NCBI GenBank assembly: GCA_047495785.1
Contig: JBLDXI010000013.1
Span: 2,728,001 to 2,792,000 of the forward strand
Origin: Lepidodermella squamata
Lineage: Eukaryota > Animalia > Gastrotricha
Direction: 5' to 3'
Length of the DNA stretch: 64,000 nt
The first letter of the stretch is position 1. Each line of letters begins with the position of its first letter. Below, piece after piece: positions 24,428-38,009 of the stretch. The notes under the pieces were generated by a model that did not search any database, was not told where the DNA came from, and saw only the letters and a program-made list of their open reading frames with translations. Both the position numbers and the translations under genes were made by a program.

Positions 24428-27400
24428 TTATTTCTCTTCGAATCGCTTCTTTTCGAGCACAAACTTGAGGCCCTTGGTCTTCGAATGGAACCGAGCCAGG
24501 TCTTTCCGGGTAACAATACCAATGACATCGTTCATATCGTTGACAACAGTCAAGTGCCGCAGGCCTAGACCGCGGAACAGCTTGAAAATTCGAGGCAGTG
24601 ATACAGTCTGACAAAAATCCACCATAAAATTCAGAAATTACTAAATCCAAGTTTGACTCACATGTAAAACGGTGTATGGCGATGGATTCATATAAGGCCG
24701 CATGTCGATGTACATTTCTTTAATCTCTTCATCAGTCAGTTTGATATCCTGTACAAAATTGAAAAAAAATCATCCAACTGAAAATTAAGACTTCCAGGAA
24801 AAAACTTACATCAACGCTAAGTTCATGTTGGAAAAGCGTTCGGAAATCAGACAGCTTCGGCAGATCTCCAATAGGCTGGCCGCGGTTATTGCAGAAGCAT
24901 TTACGCTTGAGGAGGAAAAGCAATTGCTGACGCAAGATCAAGCCGCGAAGTTGGCCGTAGGTCATAAGCGATGATTTTCGCGTCGCTGGACCTTCAGCTA
25001 CCGGGAACCCGTTGTGCCGCACCTTTTTCAGAGTCGCCAGAACCCGACTAACAGGTTCGATAAGTTGGAAGTTCACAACAGGGTGACTCATGACCTCACT
25101 GAGAAAAACGATTAAATAAATGCAAAACGGTCGGAATTTCGATGATGCAAGAAATTTACGTTGCGTGAATTAAGGTGGAGAAGGGTGGCGGGTCGGGGTG
25201 AAGAAGAGGCACTCCAGATACTTCCAGATCAAGATCGTAGAGTGGCGCGGATAGCAGATCACCGATCCATTTTGTAATCATAAGGCACAACATGAGAGGA
25301 ACACCGAGAGTGATATCGCGCGTGCACTCCATCAACATGACCGTAAGGCCGACAACCATTCGCAATATGCCACCAAGCATACATGCAGCACCAATCAGCG
25401 CGTACTTGCGTATATTTCCTTCCTGTAACAAAAAAAAACATAGCGAATTATTATCAAAAATGATTGGAAAAACTTTGAGTGCACGAGCAAAATTTTAATG
25501 GACGTGACAACAAACGAGACAAGACGCAACATGCATGCGTGTTTGACATTTCAGTAAATATTTTTTAATCTCATTCAGGTTTCAAGAAGCCAAAAAGAAA
25601 ACATTAAAGCTCGATATAAATAATGGACAACACGTGTAATTTTTAACTGAACTTTGTCCACATACAACAACGAAAAATAAACAGTGGATCCAAGTCTCAA
25701 AGCCTACCTTTTCTTGGTTCCAAGGAAGATCCTGATTATCGATTATAATAAAGCGTGTTTAAAACGATGTTTTGTTATAAAAAAAATCAGATCAATTAGT
25801 TTTTTTTCCGGGGCAAAGAGCTCAAATTTTGAAATTCTTGACACTATTTTAATCCCAGAAAATTTTACACCTCAATTTAGACAGGTTAAATCAGAGCTCT
25901 TTACACAGATTCTGAAGCAAAAAAACTGGTCTTAAATAAATTGCAGGTAAGAAGTTAGGTCCACAAAATGGTAAAAATGGTCATAGCTCAAGCCTCAACT
26001 GTGACTCACCGGCTGCGGAAAGACGGTCATGACGCCCATGCCAATCATGCGGCCCCAACCGGCACCAATCAGCAGTCCAGGAATGAGGATGCCACCGGGG
26101 CACAACAAGCCGGTACCCCAGCACGTCATGATGAACCAGAACACCGTGTACACAATCAGCGTGTAGTAGTTGAAGTAGTTGGTCTGCGCGTGCAGCAACT
26201 GCTTCAGGCCGTGCTCGGCCGTGCCAAGCGTGAGGTAGGACATGGACGACACCTGGCCCTCGGGGCAGAACATGCGGAGCGGCTCGCCTTTGAGGTTATC
26301 GCTCGGCGGTTGGCACGACGGGTCGAGGTAGAGCATGAGGAAGTTGGCGACGGCCATGATCGCCGCGATCATGACGGCCTCGAGCACGCGCAGAACGCGG
26401 TTCGGGTTGATGTAACGCCGGCGGAAGACGTTGATTTTCATCGACAGATGAATGTACGCCGCGCCCATCACGCCGCCGAGGCAGCCGATGACGATGAAAA
26501 TGGGTATCTCAATAAGCGCGAACGACACATTGTCGAAGCGGCCGAATACAACGAGGCCAGGGTTGGACAGGTCGTGCGCGTGGCCGTGTTCAGCCGATAA
26601 CAACACGTTGACGAAGAACGAGGCCATCAGCGAGCAGAAGACAACGCGAAGCGTCAGCGTCGAGTCCCAGAAGCTGGCCGTTTCTTCGAGACTGAACAAC
26701 ACACCGCCGATTGGAGCACCAAACCCGGAACCGATACCGGCCGCAGCGCCCGCGGCCGTTATATCCCGCCTCTCTTGATCCGTATGAAGGTAACTGAAAG
26801 ACTATAAAACGACACAAAAATTAGTAAGCTATTAATTTTAAAATTGGAATTGGAATTGGAGTTTGGCAAAAATTTTGAAATTGTAAGATTATAATGACCC
26901 CTTTAAGGTTGATGAACGAATCGATATCAAACCAAAGCTAAAGACTATTTAAAAATGAAAGGGAATTTTTTCAAAAATAATCTAAAATTTCATTTTTATT
27001 CTCACAGGCTTCTCTGATCTCGCTCGCGTCCTACGTACTAGAAATATGGTTCACTCTACTTTCTTCGATCGAAAAAGGCAAAAACCCACGACTAAGAGCC
27101 CAGTAAATAAAAAAAATTCAGAAAAAATCTTCCATAAAAATGTGGATGTAAATTAAAAAAAATGAAAGAGGTCCCTACTGGTAGGAATCCGATGGGACAA
27201 AACTTGACCATGTCTTAAAATATTTTTTGCGATTTACTGGAAAATTCAGAAAATTCAGAAAAATGTCCACTTTAATTCCACGGTTCAATGAATTTAATAA
27301 AAAATTAATCTAAATTTTTAAGCGGAAAAAATTACCTTAATCTCAACATTGCATAAATCATAGCGAAAATATGAGGCACGAGCAGCAACAATGGCACCAA

Positions 27401-28633
27401 TGTGGATTAACGGACCCTCCTTGCCGTTGGGCATACCGCCCGACAGCGTACAGATAGTTCCGATGACTTTGACGATGAGCGCCTTGAACGTCAGCAAGCC
27501 ATGCATTCGGATACCGTTCAAGAAGGCCTTGACCTGGGCGACACCACCGCCGCCGGCTTCCGGCTGTAACACCAACACCAGGGTACACGAAACGAGAACG
27601 AAAGCGCAATTCATGCCAATCCATAACAACAACGGCTGATAAAGACAATTGCCTTCTTCCGTAACACATTTTTTCATGACTAGATGAAAAAAAATCACAA
27701 AAAATAGCCGAAAAATAAATTGACAAAATTGGCTTACATTTTGCCACAAAATCGTGCTTAGCAGTAGAGCAAAACTTGATTCCAACATCAACAGTAAATG
27801 CACACAACGCGATACCGGCCGCCGTGAGAAAGTAAATAAACCAGCGACCAATGAAAGTAAACCAGGCACTCTAAAAAAATTTGCAAAAATTGGGTCAGAG
27901 GAATATTGGGTCATGAACATCTCGCAAATGTTACCCGAGATTTAAGACTTCGCTGTTCAGCTTGGTAGAGCAGATTTTCACACACATCGTAGTCCAAGCT
28001 TTCAAACTTGGAAACAAGACGATGCTTCAGCGATTTAACCGAGAAAGGCTTAGCAGGCGGGCCGTGCGGTTGGCCTTGATTGAAATAACCCTGATGGTGG
28101 CCATACGCAAAGGTTTTTTGATTTTGCTTCTGAACAATCTGTTGAAAACAAACAGAAAAAAATTAATAAAAAAACCGAGGAAAATTGCAGCTATATACAA
28201 AAAATTTAAAGGAATACTTAAATAATAAACGCATACATCTTTAAATAATACACCGAACGCAATTAATGGGAATCAACACGTAATAATTGTTAATTGCTCT
28301 CACTGTTGAGTGATCTTCATCTGAAAGCGCAAAAGAGCGCATCGTTGGGACGCGCCTAAACCGGGCGTCGAGCGTATTCTGGCCCGAATCGTCGGCGTCA
28401 TCGCTCAACGCCGCCGCTGCTGAAGAGATGCCATCTTCGTTGTCGCTCATCTGTTTAATCTGCTCGCTGACCGAGCGGACGAAAGTTGCGATGGCGCCGG
28501 CTGGCCGACGATGACGGCCACCACCGCCTTCATCGCAACTCACCGACGCCTCGTCATCTTCCTCCTCCTCGTCGCCTTCGGGTGTCGTCACAAAAATCTT
28601 CATCTCAATGCCGTTTCTTTTATGGCCGCTCAT
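24428..28633 (-). CDS. CLC-6/CLC-7 family Cl-/H+ exchanger-type protein with two CBS domains (proximal isoform; alternative 5' exons extend to about 37023)
   Basis: [11 protein letters not shown]; GKEGP; AGAAAG...[14 protein letters not shown]; GILIP; YALIGAA..LGG; LYD; CBS segments HNGFPV and [12 protein letters not shown]...GIVTRKDL. Confidence 0.93.
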
Positions 28634-28855
28634 TTATAGCTCAAGGTGTATTAGAGACACCTCAAATTTGTCGCAGATCGTCGTTCGGCCATCATGTTAT
28701 AGCGACGATTAAGTCTAGCTCATCATTTAATGTCGAAAGTGTTAAATCTGCGATTATCATCTATCATCTATCATCCAAGTAAAATAAATCTGGGTTTAAG
28801 ACGATAGCTATATAAAAGTCTGGGGTGGCGAAGATGGGGATTTCTAAGGACGTAC

Positions 28856-29191
28856 CCTTTTAACGATTTCGTCAGCGTCACAACGCTCAAGAACCGACGC
28901 AGCGCTATGGGCATCGCGAAGCCGCTCGTGATCAACAGCATGCGGATGCAAGTCGATCATCGACAAATGGCTAAGTCCGGCTGAAACGGACAGCCGTCTT
29001 CGAGGCTCCGTGCGCGGCGTATCAGGCAGTTGCAGCTGGTGAAGCTGGTTCAACGCGAAGCCCGCCGCCTCACTCGGCGGTGACCACGGATTCGAATACG
29101 AATCAGGGTCATCGGAAATCGACGCAGCCGAAGACGAGCGCGATAATATAACGCGTATCTCCGGTGGAGGCGGTCGACTTTTCGCAGTCAT
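28856..29191 (-). CDS. Putative alternative first coding exon of the CLC gene (MTAKSRPPP...)
   Basis: ATG-initiated low-complexity ORF ending at a phase-0 donor (AGG|gtacgt), compatible with the phase-0 acceptor of the common exon at 28138. Confidence 0.6.
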
Positions 29192-31604
29192 TTTCAAACA
29201 GGCAAAATAATCAGCACAAGGTGCGACATAGGCGAGTTATCTTATTCTTCTCTATCGAATGCACTCGCGATTTATTGCTGGTGAAGTAGTAATAAAAACA
29301 GCGCGAAATAGCGAGATGAAAACCATACATCGCGCTCGGACAATGCTATCTTTTTAGCGGCTACTACGGCTATTAACGATGATCTGCGCGGGCCCTCACA
29401 CGCCAAGATGAGTCTATATGGGAATTAAATCACAGGGTATATACCTCCGCGTTATCGGGTACATTAGGTAAAAGTTTTGTATGAATAAGAAGGCGCGGAA
29501 GCGGGTGGACCAATATCTCATTTCTTATAACGAGAATGCGAATATTACAACAGCGTTTCTCGTATATCGGCGATATGGAAAATTCGGTCGTAAAAAATTC
29601 GCATGTGCAATGTGTACACCGAGCGCTAGCTACAAGCATAGTGATGCGCTGCGATTCGATACGTGTTTACCCGTCGCCGGTTTTTTTCGCGCAAGCGCGG
29701 AAATGCGCACACACATGTTCGTATTATACGATTTTTTAATATATATTATATGCGAAAAAAAGGGCGGGGAAACTGGAGGATGGATATATTGTTCAAGGCG
29801 GATAATATGGCGTAAAAAAAGCTCTGGTGCAACGCGTTGAAAGATGTTTAGCTCATAAAAATCACGCGCGATTTCGATTTAACGAAGCGCAGCGTTACAG
29901 CATAGAGAAATCACTCGAGTATTAACAAGGCGAGCAAACAGGCAACGGTGAAAATAGCACACGGCACGATTTCGCAGCGATAAAATACGATGATCTGTGT
30001 CTCGCCATCTTACTCTCGCAGACTGTAAATATTTCTATTACTGACGCTATTGGAGTATCTTCCGCTCAAGAGCAATCATAATATGTGGTCCACACATAAA
30101 AAATTGCAATAAAAAATAAAGAATGCAAGGTAACAATTCGAAAGTCCGGAAAAATATCGCGTGAAATACGTTGATTTTAAATTTCAATTTGAATCTAAAA
30201 GCGCCATGGATACGGAGAAATTAATATATTCTTAATTCTCGGTGAAAAGACACCAATAATTGTGCTAAAAAATAGCATTATGACAATATTCACCTCTGCT
30301 TCGCCCTCTTGAGAATACAGCGCCACTCAAAACATACGCGAGAGAAATACGAATAGAGCGTTTCCCAAGAAAAACATGCCGGTGCGTCGCGCTTGAAGTT
30401 TTTTGGAGACACATTTTTCAAACGCTTAAAAGACGCTGCTTTTTGCTAGGGCCGGCGTTTGTCATTGCTGTGTAACGTGAGATTTGATTTATTGGCACGC
30501 AAGTTGTTTTTTCCAAAAAATTTTGAATAGAAGTGACGCGAGCTGGCCTGCTTGGTAGCGATGTGCGGTCAGTATAGCAAATTTTGAATGTAATTCATGC
30601 CTATCGCATGTAATATGCGGCGAGGGTAAAAAAGTATCACATATTATACACGGCTAGATTTGTCGTATTTATTCAGAGCGTGTGTTTCGGCCGCCGGTGC
30701 GATCGGTTCTTGCGCGTTCTCTAAGTTAATTACTGTATTGACGATGGTTTTTATCATTCTCGTGACGAGAGAATATTATTCGCGCAACGCACATACATTT
30801 ATATATATTCCAACTTGGTACCACTAGTCTCGGTTGCCAGCGCGCGCAAGGTTGAAATAAAATAATAGGGAAAATCAAATTAAAAAAGTCGAGACCAAAA
30901 AAGTATTGACCCTGTTTTGGGTGAACAAGTTTCCATTATAGATTAAGCCTACTCATCGATGCGACAAATGAGCCCCACACACTAGCGATAGATTAAGCTT
31001 CTCACCCTTGGGAATAGTAACCATAAAATACTGCGAATATAGCAATATTGTTTGATATTATTCTTGCCAAATATTGATTTATGAATGAGATTTATTTGCC
31101 GCACTATCTTCATACACGTCCATGAATACGGGAATCGATAAACGGCAAGACAAACAAACTGACTAGCGAAAAAAAGAAACGTACCCTAAAGGGTTGAATC
31201 CGAAATTATAATTCGAATTGTAAAACGTACATGCGCTACTTCTTAAAAAAAATTACGCTTGCTCAACATTTCAACTGGGGACATGAACAACATATATATC
31301 ACATAAACGGGGTCGGTAAACAAATTTCAATGTAGAAAATAAAACGAAGATGCCGAGCGACGAATTGAAGGCTACCAATCTTGAAGATTTCCGAAGTTAC
31401 TGTGACAGATTTACACTGGCAAAATAACACCGATCAACAGAAATACCTCTCCTGGTGCCGTTGCTCGTCTGCTTTGAACCTTCACATCAGGTTATCGGTT
31501 TTTAATAACGGTTTACGAACTTAATAATTAGTGGCTAACTTGCTATATAAGCTATCTGGTAGTGCGTGATTCAGGCTAAAAAATAATCAGGTGAGGAATC
31601 TTAC

Positions 31605-32029
31605 CAAATCTTTCAGCTTTTGGCCCATTTCGAAATCGCCATCTCGCATCAAAGACAAGTGTTTCACGGTCCATGTAAATGTGTCAACGCTAGCCGAATC
31701 TGTCGGACTCAATTCGTCTGGGCGCCAATACGAGTCATCGACATCAACAGATAATGCAGCTTGAAAAATAGTTCATTAATCACAGCAGAATTAAATTAAA
31801 TTAATAAAATACCTGAGTGATCCAAGTTATCAGCATTTGACAGCAGTGAAGCATCCTGTTCGGCATCGATCGCCGGAATCGCATCCCCCTCTTCGACAAT
31901 TCGCGTAGAGGACGGCGGCCGCCGGCGCCGTGCGCTACCTGGTGCCGTATTAATCGGCACTCCGAGATTGCCCGATGGTGTGACATTAGCCGTCGGCTGG
32001 TCAGGATGGCTAACTGGTGTCACCGTGAA
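31605..32029 (-). CDS. Putative internal N-terminal exons of long CLC isoforms (32029-31813, 31759-31605)
   Basis: Both exons are open, joined by a short phase-1 intron; phase-0 entry and phase-0 exit (TTG|gtaag). Confidence 0.6.
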
Positions 32030-34595
32030 CTATCGTGAAAAAACATAGTGAAAAATTAAGGCAAATGATAAATTAGGAACAGGGTTAGTGGATCAGTATA
32101 TTTTTTTGGAAAATAGCTAGATTAGTCGGTTTAATCTCCCCGTTACCATTATCTATGTTTATTTATATAGTTTGAGATGTTGATCTAAATGTACGCTGTT
32201 ATATGACCAAGGCGCTGATCTATTTTTACTGGTTCTTACTTTTGGTTTTTCCATTCCACCTTGCTCTTATAAAGCGTGACAAAAACGCCTAAAAACGGTC
32301 GAATTTTTTACTAATAAAGCGAATGATAAAAACGCGGCGTCGCCGGTGTGTTTTCTCCCTCTGTTCTCTCGCTTTGTAAATTGTTTGATGATAATTAAAA
32401 ATGCGCCGCCGGTGAGCGTTAACCGAGCCGCATCCGAAAGCCGGATTTTTCAACCCAGCTTCAGATTTGGCGGTGAGTGGTAAAAGTTGTACCTAGTAGT
32501 TTTTTGGGTAAAATTCAAAAAAGCTTTCGAACCTTTACTCGGCGCCGTTGATGTGAAGACATGTCATCTTTCGACGACCCGAATTCGTTGCATTTTTTTG
32601 CGAGTGAAAATGAAGAAAAGTAAATAGAAGTAGAAACTATGGGGCGCCGCTATTTTTATATAAGTAAATGAGCGGTGTTTTAGCGCTTGATAAAGGACAG
32701 ACAAAGCCTGCACAAGAGACTCTCTACTCATTATATAAAAGATCGGAAAAAGTACATTTTTTGATGTCAAACACACACATAGCAGCGCTCATTCGCCGTG
32801 CGATGACTGCTGCGTAGGTATAGATGAGGCTGAGCAGGTATGTCTACCGCGGATAAATAGAACTATCAGCGTACATCGACTTGACAAACAGACGGCGGAA
32901 TATACTAGGTCCAAAACAGGACCGAGATGGGAAACATTCGTGGCGTTATACGAAGACGCCATTTCCATCTGCGGCTATCAAAAACATATCTAGACCGGCT
33001 CAGTTTCGCCTCGTTGCTCTAACTAGCAAATATCTAGAACATCTCACCCGAGCTAGGCGAGAAGTTGAACGAGGTGGAGTGTGCTGAAAGGAGCAACTTA
33101 TCGCCTACAAGATCACAGGCGAGAAGGGTGAGAGAAGAAACGTATAAAATGACGACAATAGCAGCGGCAATCACAAACAATTTTTTTCATAATTGCACCT
33201 GATTCAACGCTATTGACGTCAAAGTTCAAGCCCAAAATAGAGAAAAAGGCGCTATTTACTAGGAAAACAATACCTGACCAATTTGACCTTAAACAATGCA
33301 GGTTTCTATTTATAACAGATTTAATATATTAAAAACAAATATCCCAAAAAAACCCAGAAGATTTAGCGAACAAGAATGAGGAAATGACATAACGATAGAT
33401 TTTTCGAATTGTATTAAAAGCGATGGCGAAGACAGAAATATGCAAATCCGTTTATATCGCGAAAAAATCTATTACCACGAGAATACCGAAAGACAGAAAT
33501 AATCATATTGTTATATTATACACGAAAGCGCAGAAAAACGATTTTTCGATTATAGTATCGTACTGGCACCTTCAACGGCGCCAAATATTTGCTCTTTTCC
33601 AGGCTACCTCATCTAACATAAAACCGCAGTATTAAAGTGAAAACCGGGTTTTAAAAAATTGAGATGCAACAAGGTTAAACCCCCATTTAACGTTTCCATT
33701 GGTTTGGAAGGCTTGACATGAACTAAATCTTTGTAATTAATTCTTGTAACATCACGATAACATTAACGACAAACATGAGAGTAGCAAAATGCGCAATCTT
33801 CATTTTTTCTGAAGTCTTAATCCCATTAAGAGTAACGACGCGGTGCTTACGTCTGTGCTTGAATTCAATATAGCTCAACTATTTTTTCTAATTCGTAGCT
33901 ATAGTACTTGGGTTTCGCGTGCATACATTACAGACTCAGGTATATAATGCGGTGGTCATGTTCACGTGTGGCACCGGTGCCGGGAGCTGGCGATACACAT
34001 CGTAGCGCCTTTTTTCACTCTCCAGCTTGCATATGAATTTACTCGAATAGCAACGAGTGTAAAACTGAAGAGGGACGGCCGGTGAGAGGGAGATTTGATC
34101 TAAGAGTGAGCCCGGCAAACTTAGAGCACGGGCGTGATGACATGCTCACGATTCGTGTTCAAAACCGCGAAAAGAGCTCACAATAATTCTGAAAATAAAA
34201 GCGATGCCAAAAGTGGGCGCAGGTATTGCTGTAATCCATAAATCCAACCTTCAAAGAATGGACGGATTAAACAATAATCCCACTCTCAAAAACGAATATT
34301 AGGTAAATTAAACTGAAATAATTCAATAGGTTAATCTCACGCCCATCGCTCAACATGTAAGCAAAAGTCAGAAGGACAATTTTAAGCGTCGAGTTCGATT
34401 TATACATCGATTATTCAAACCTGGGAATGTTGGGGGAAAATCGAAAACATTCCTCATAATTTCTTAATGACCCCATAGTTTTGAAATGCCGCCCTGATCG
34501 ACTTTCACAGCACGGCAAATATTCAGAAAATTCAACACATACTTCAGATTGAATTCTACTTCTAAGCTGGACGTATGGAAATTAAACTAATTTAC

Positions 34596-35141
34596 CCCTT
34601 GTTCAAGGTCCTCGTCACCTCCAACTACAAATATGCTGCGTTTTGTTGCCGGTTTTTCGTGATTATTTTGCTTTTTCGATGAATCAGGCGATCTGAAGGA
34701 TAATCGCTTTTTCTTGACAACTGCGTCACTAATCGTATTTTTCACCAAAGCCGAATCGGCTGCATTGCAGTCGTAAGGAGTAAAACTTAAAAATCGCTTC
34801 GGCGATGGCTGGCAGTGGTTATTATGGGAGAAAGAACGACGGTGATTATGGCGCCGGTTACGGCCCGGCGGCGTTATTGCGTTATGGCGATCCTTTGCTT
34901 CCTCTTTGAATTCATCAGCGATGAGCAATCGATCGGCTTCAGATGACAGAGGGTTGAGAACGTCGTCACTGAACGCCGACCGGATAACAACTACTTCTTC
35001 GTCGTCAACATAAGGAATTCGTTCATCGATGCTGAAACAGCCGAGGCTAGCCGTCATTCGCGGCCCAGCGCTTTCAAACGATGCCGGCGATAGCTCGTGT
35101 AACGACACGTGTGTATCCGACGGTGGAACATCTTTTGCCAT
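34596..35141 (-). CDS. Putative alternative first coding exon of the CLC gene (MAKDVPP...)
   Basis: 182 codons ending at a phase-0 donor (GGG|gtaaat); contains an EADRLL dileucine motif. Confidence 0.55.
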
Positions 35142-36735
35142 AAAACTCAGGTCGAATTGATGACAAAACCACCAATCATCGGGCACATAATTTCGCGTAA
35201 CAAAATATTGTAATTTAGCATCTATGTACTCCGCACTTCAAAAGAGTATATAAGCAGGTTAAAAGCTGGGTGCTTAACATCTGATGACAAACTATAAATA
35301 AAAAAAGCGCCGCATAACAATGCAGAGCAAGTTTTGCGTGATTTCCGCGTAAATATTAGATTGCTATGAATTCTCACGCCAAAAATCGTAAAAAAAAGCT
35401 ACGTAAAACTAGGGGAGCGCAGAATTAGACTATTTATCGCAGGTCTGCAGTTTTTTGGGTCCTCAAATCTAAATGAATTGCACTGATCGTGGAAAGATAA
35501 CAAAGGGATGCGGCATTTTTTTCCCGGCTTAAATTCGAATAATACAGATCAGCGCGAAGTAGGTGTTAAATAATTGTATCTAAGCTGCCTTTCTTCTTGC
35601 ACAATAAAAAAGGTGTTCAGTTCACAATAGTAAAAATGAGCGTCGGTATGAATAGGAAATGCTGCTAGCCGCAGTTATTGGATAAAAAAGCGATATTTTT
35701 AAACACGTGTCAAAAGCTGAGCGCAGCCTGGTGCGGTTGTTGCCGATATAATAGAATAATAATGTCTTTTTAGCGGCATTCTTTTATCAATCTATTAGGC
35801 GCCGGCATGCTGGTTTTGTCATCAATAAATGCAAATAAATTATGGTGTGGGGTGCGCACAAAAAAACGGCCTAAAAAATCAACATTGAAATGAAACATGA
35901 ACGCAATGGCACAGGCTGATATCTTCGATTTTACGTGCCAGCTGCGAGCTGCGAAAAAATGCTGCAGTATGGTCAAGTATGTCCCACCCTCCGTTAACAG
36001 TAAGGTCTTATAAACAATAATATCGAGAAAATGCAATACGCTGGAACTTGCTATAATAAGATAAATGATTACTCTGCAGCAGCTCTTGCGTAAAAAATGA
36101 CAAGTTCGGGAGTGAATGATCTCCTATGGGTATTGAATGCGTGAGTAAAAAATTCCAATTCTCAAACACTCTCATGTCTTTCGTGGTCCCAATGGAATAG
36201 GTGTAGCATAAAAAAATGACTGAAGTTATGGTAAAAAACCGTAAAATTTATAAGTATACTAGGCCGCCATCTCATGTATATATGTAGCAGCATAATGAAT
36301 ATGATGAAATGTACAACACTTTTGCGCGTCGCCGCATATACGGCGCATTTTTTACTCGGTTGGCGACATACGCGCCGCCGATTGATCTGCCTTTTCGCTT
36401 TACAAATCGCCCCTCGTTTATAGTTTTTTAACTTCGTACAAATTTGTGCGCACCAGAGGCGCAAATATACTTTCGGCTACTAGGGTATGGGGAAAAAAAT
36501 AAGGAATATAATACACGATGCTTTCACGCGCATTCAATATCCGCCGCCCCTTCAAGCGCTCTAAAATTAGTGGCCAACAACCTATCAAAAGCAAAAAATA
36601 AGAAAAAAATGACTTTTGCCGCAAAAATAAAATTAGTGGAGCGCGATGCTTGACTGTCCATGTAAGAGTTGAAATTCTATTACTAGTATTGATTGGCCCC
36701 AGATTAGTTTAACACATCTAAAAACGGAAACTTAC

Positions 36736-37023
36736 GACTTTTTTACGCCGAGCCGCTAGACTAGTACCAGAGACTGCTGCAGCTTTGCTGACGACCGGAT
36801 TCGGCGGTGTTTTTATCGGTGTTTCAATTTGACCGAGCCCATCTTCCGATATTCTTTTAACGGCAAAACGCCTGTAAACCGGCAGAGAAGTGGCTGGTGC
36901 CAATTTTGGGTGAGATGGCTGAGTGACGGGCGAGCTATAACGGTTTCCCGTCCCACTTCGATTGCTGCTAATGCTGGCGTTACTCCGCGTGAATTCGCCA
37001 TTTTTCTCGCCATTAGCCGCCAT
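36736..37023 (-). CDS. Putative distal alternative first coding exon of the CLC gene (MAANGEK...)
   Basis: 96 codons ending at a consensus phase-0 donor (GTC|gtaagt). Confidence 0.55.
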
Positions 37024-38009
37024 TAAACGAGTAAGCACCGCCGATTGTTATTATGACCGGCAGTGGTAAACAGGCAAAAAATCGAAAGTTTGACAGTTTG
37101 CGTGTTTTTTTGGCGTGGATTTGTAGGAAAACAGTGATATGGATAAATTGCTCCAGCGCAGCAGTAGTGATAATGCTTATCTTGCTATTTGTCGCAGCTC
37201 CTTGCTCTTATTTGCACTTTCTGTCAATGGGAACAAGACACCGACCGAACATGTGCTTTTTCGTACGCGACGTGTTTGCTGAACAAAGAACAATATAAAT
37301 TACAGAAAACACGCGAATAAAAAGTGAAACATTCTTGTAGCGTGAACGCGTTGCTAAATAATTGAGCTAATACTATAGTACTATTATTACTCGGCAGCTC
37401 GCGTTCCCACAACTATCAGCAACTTTCGGCCTGGAGCGATAATCATAGTTCCACATTCTTCTCCGACCTGGATTTCTTCGGCAACCGCAACCAGCTGATT
37501 TCTCTTCGCATGAGTAAGAAAAAACCGAAGGAAAATAAATATAATAATATTAAAAAAGGCAATAACATCGTGAGCAGTTATTCGGTGTTTTATTCACCCT
37601 GTTGTTTTTTTTTCTTCCGTTTCTCGCGCGTTCATTCAAGTGCAATCGATCATCATATACACAGACGTTGTGCGCACTTAACGCAACGATTACACATACG
37701 AAAAACTGACAGCGATTGCGCTCAACAAATCCACCTTAAAGCATCGGGCGAACGCGCATGTACAACATTGCAATTAGTCATCACGTGCTCTTTTCTCCAG
37801 AACTAGTGTTGTAATGATATTATAAAAAATAATCGCACTATATATAGCAGATTGACCGGTAAACTTGTATTATTCACGCCAAAAGAAACCAGAGAAAAGA
37901 CGGAAACAAAATTTATCATGATTTATCGCTGACATTTAATCAACTATACACGTTATTGTTCACAAAATTGTTGATGACTCCGAAATGAAGTAGAAAATTC
38001 GACTGTCTA

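Noticed and set aside
25968-26600. 210-aa plus-strand ORF
   Set aside because: Antisense shadow of the GC-rich CLC exon.
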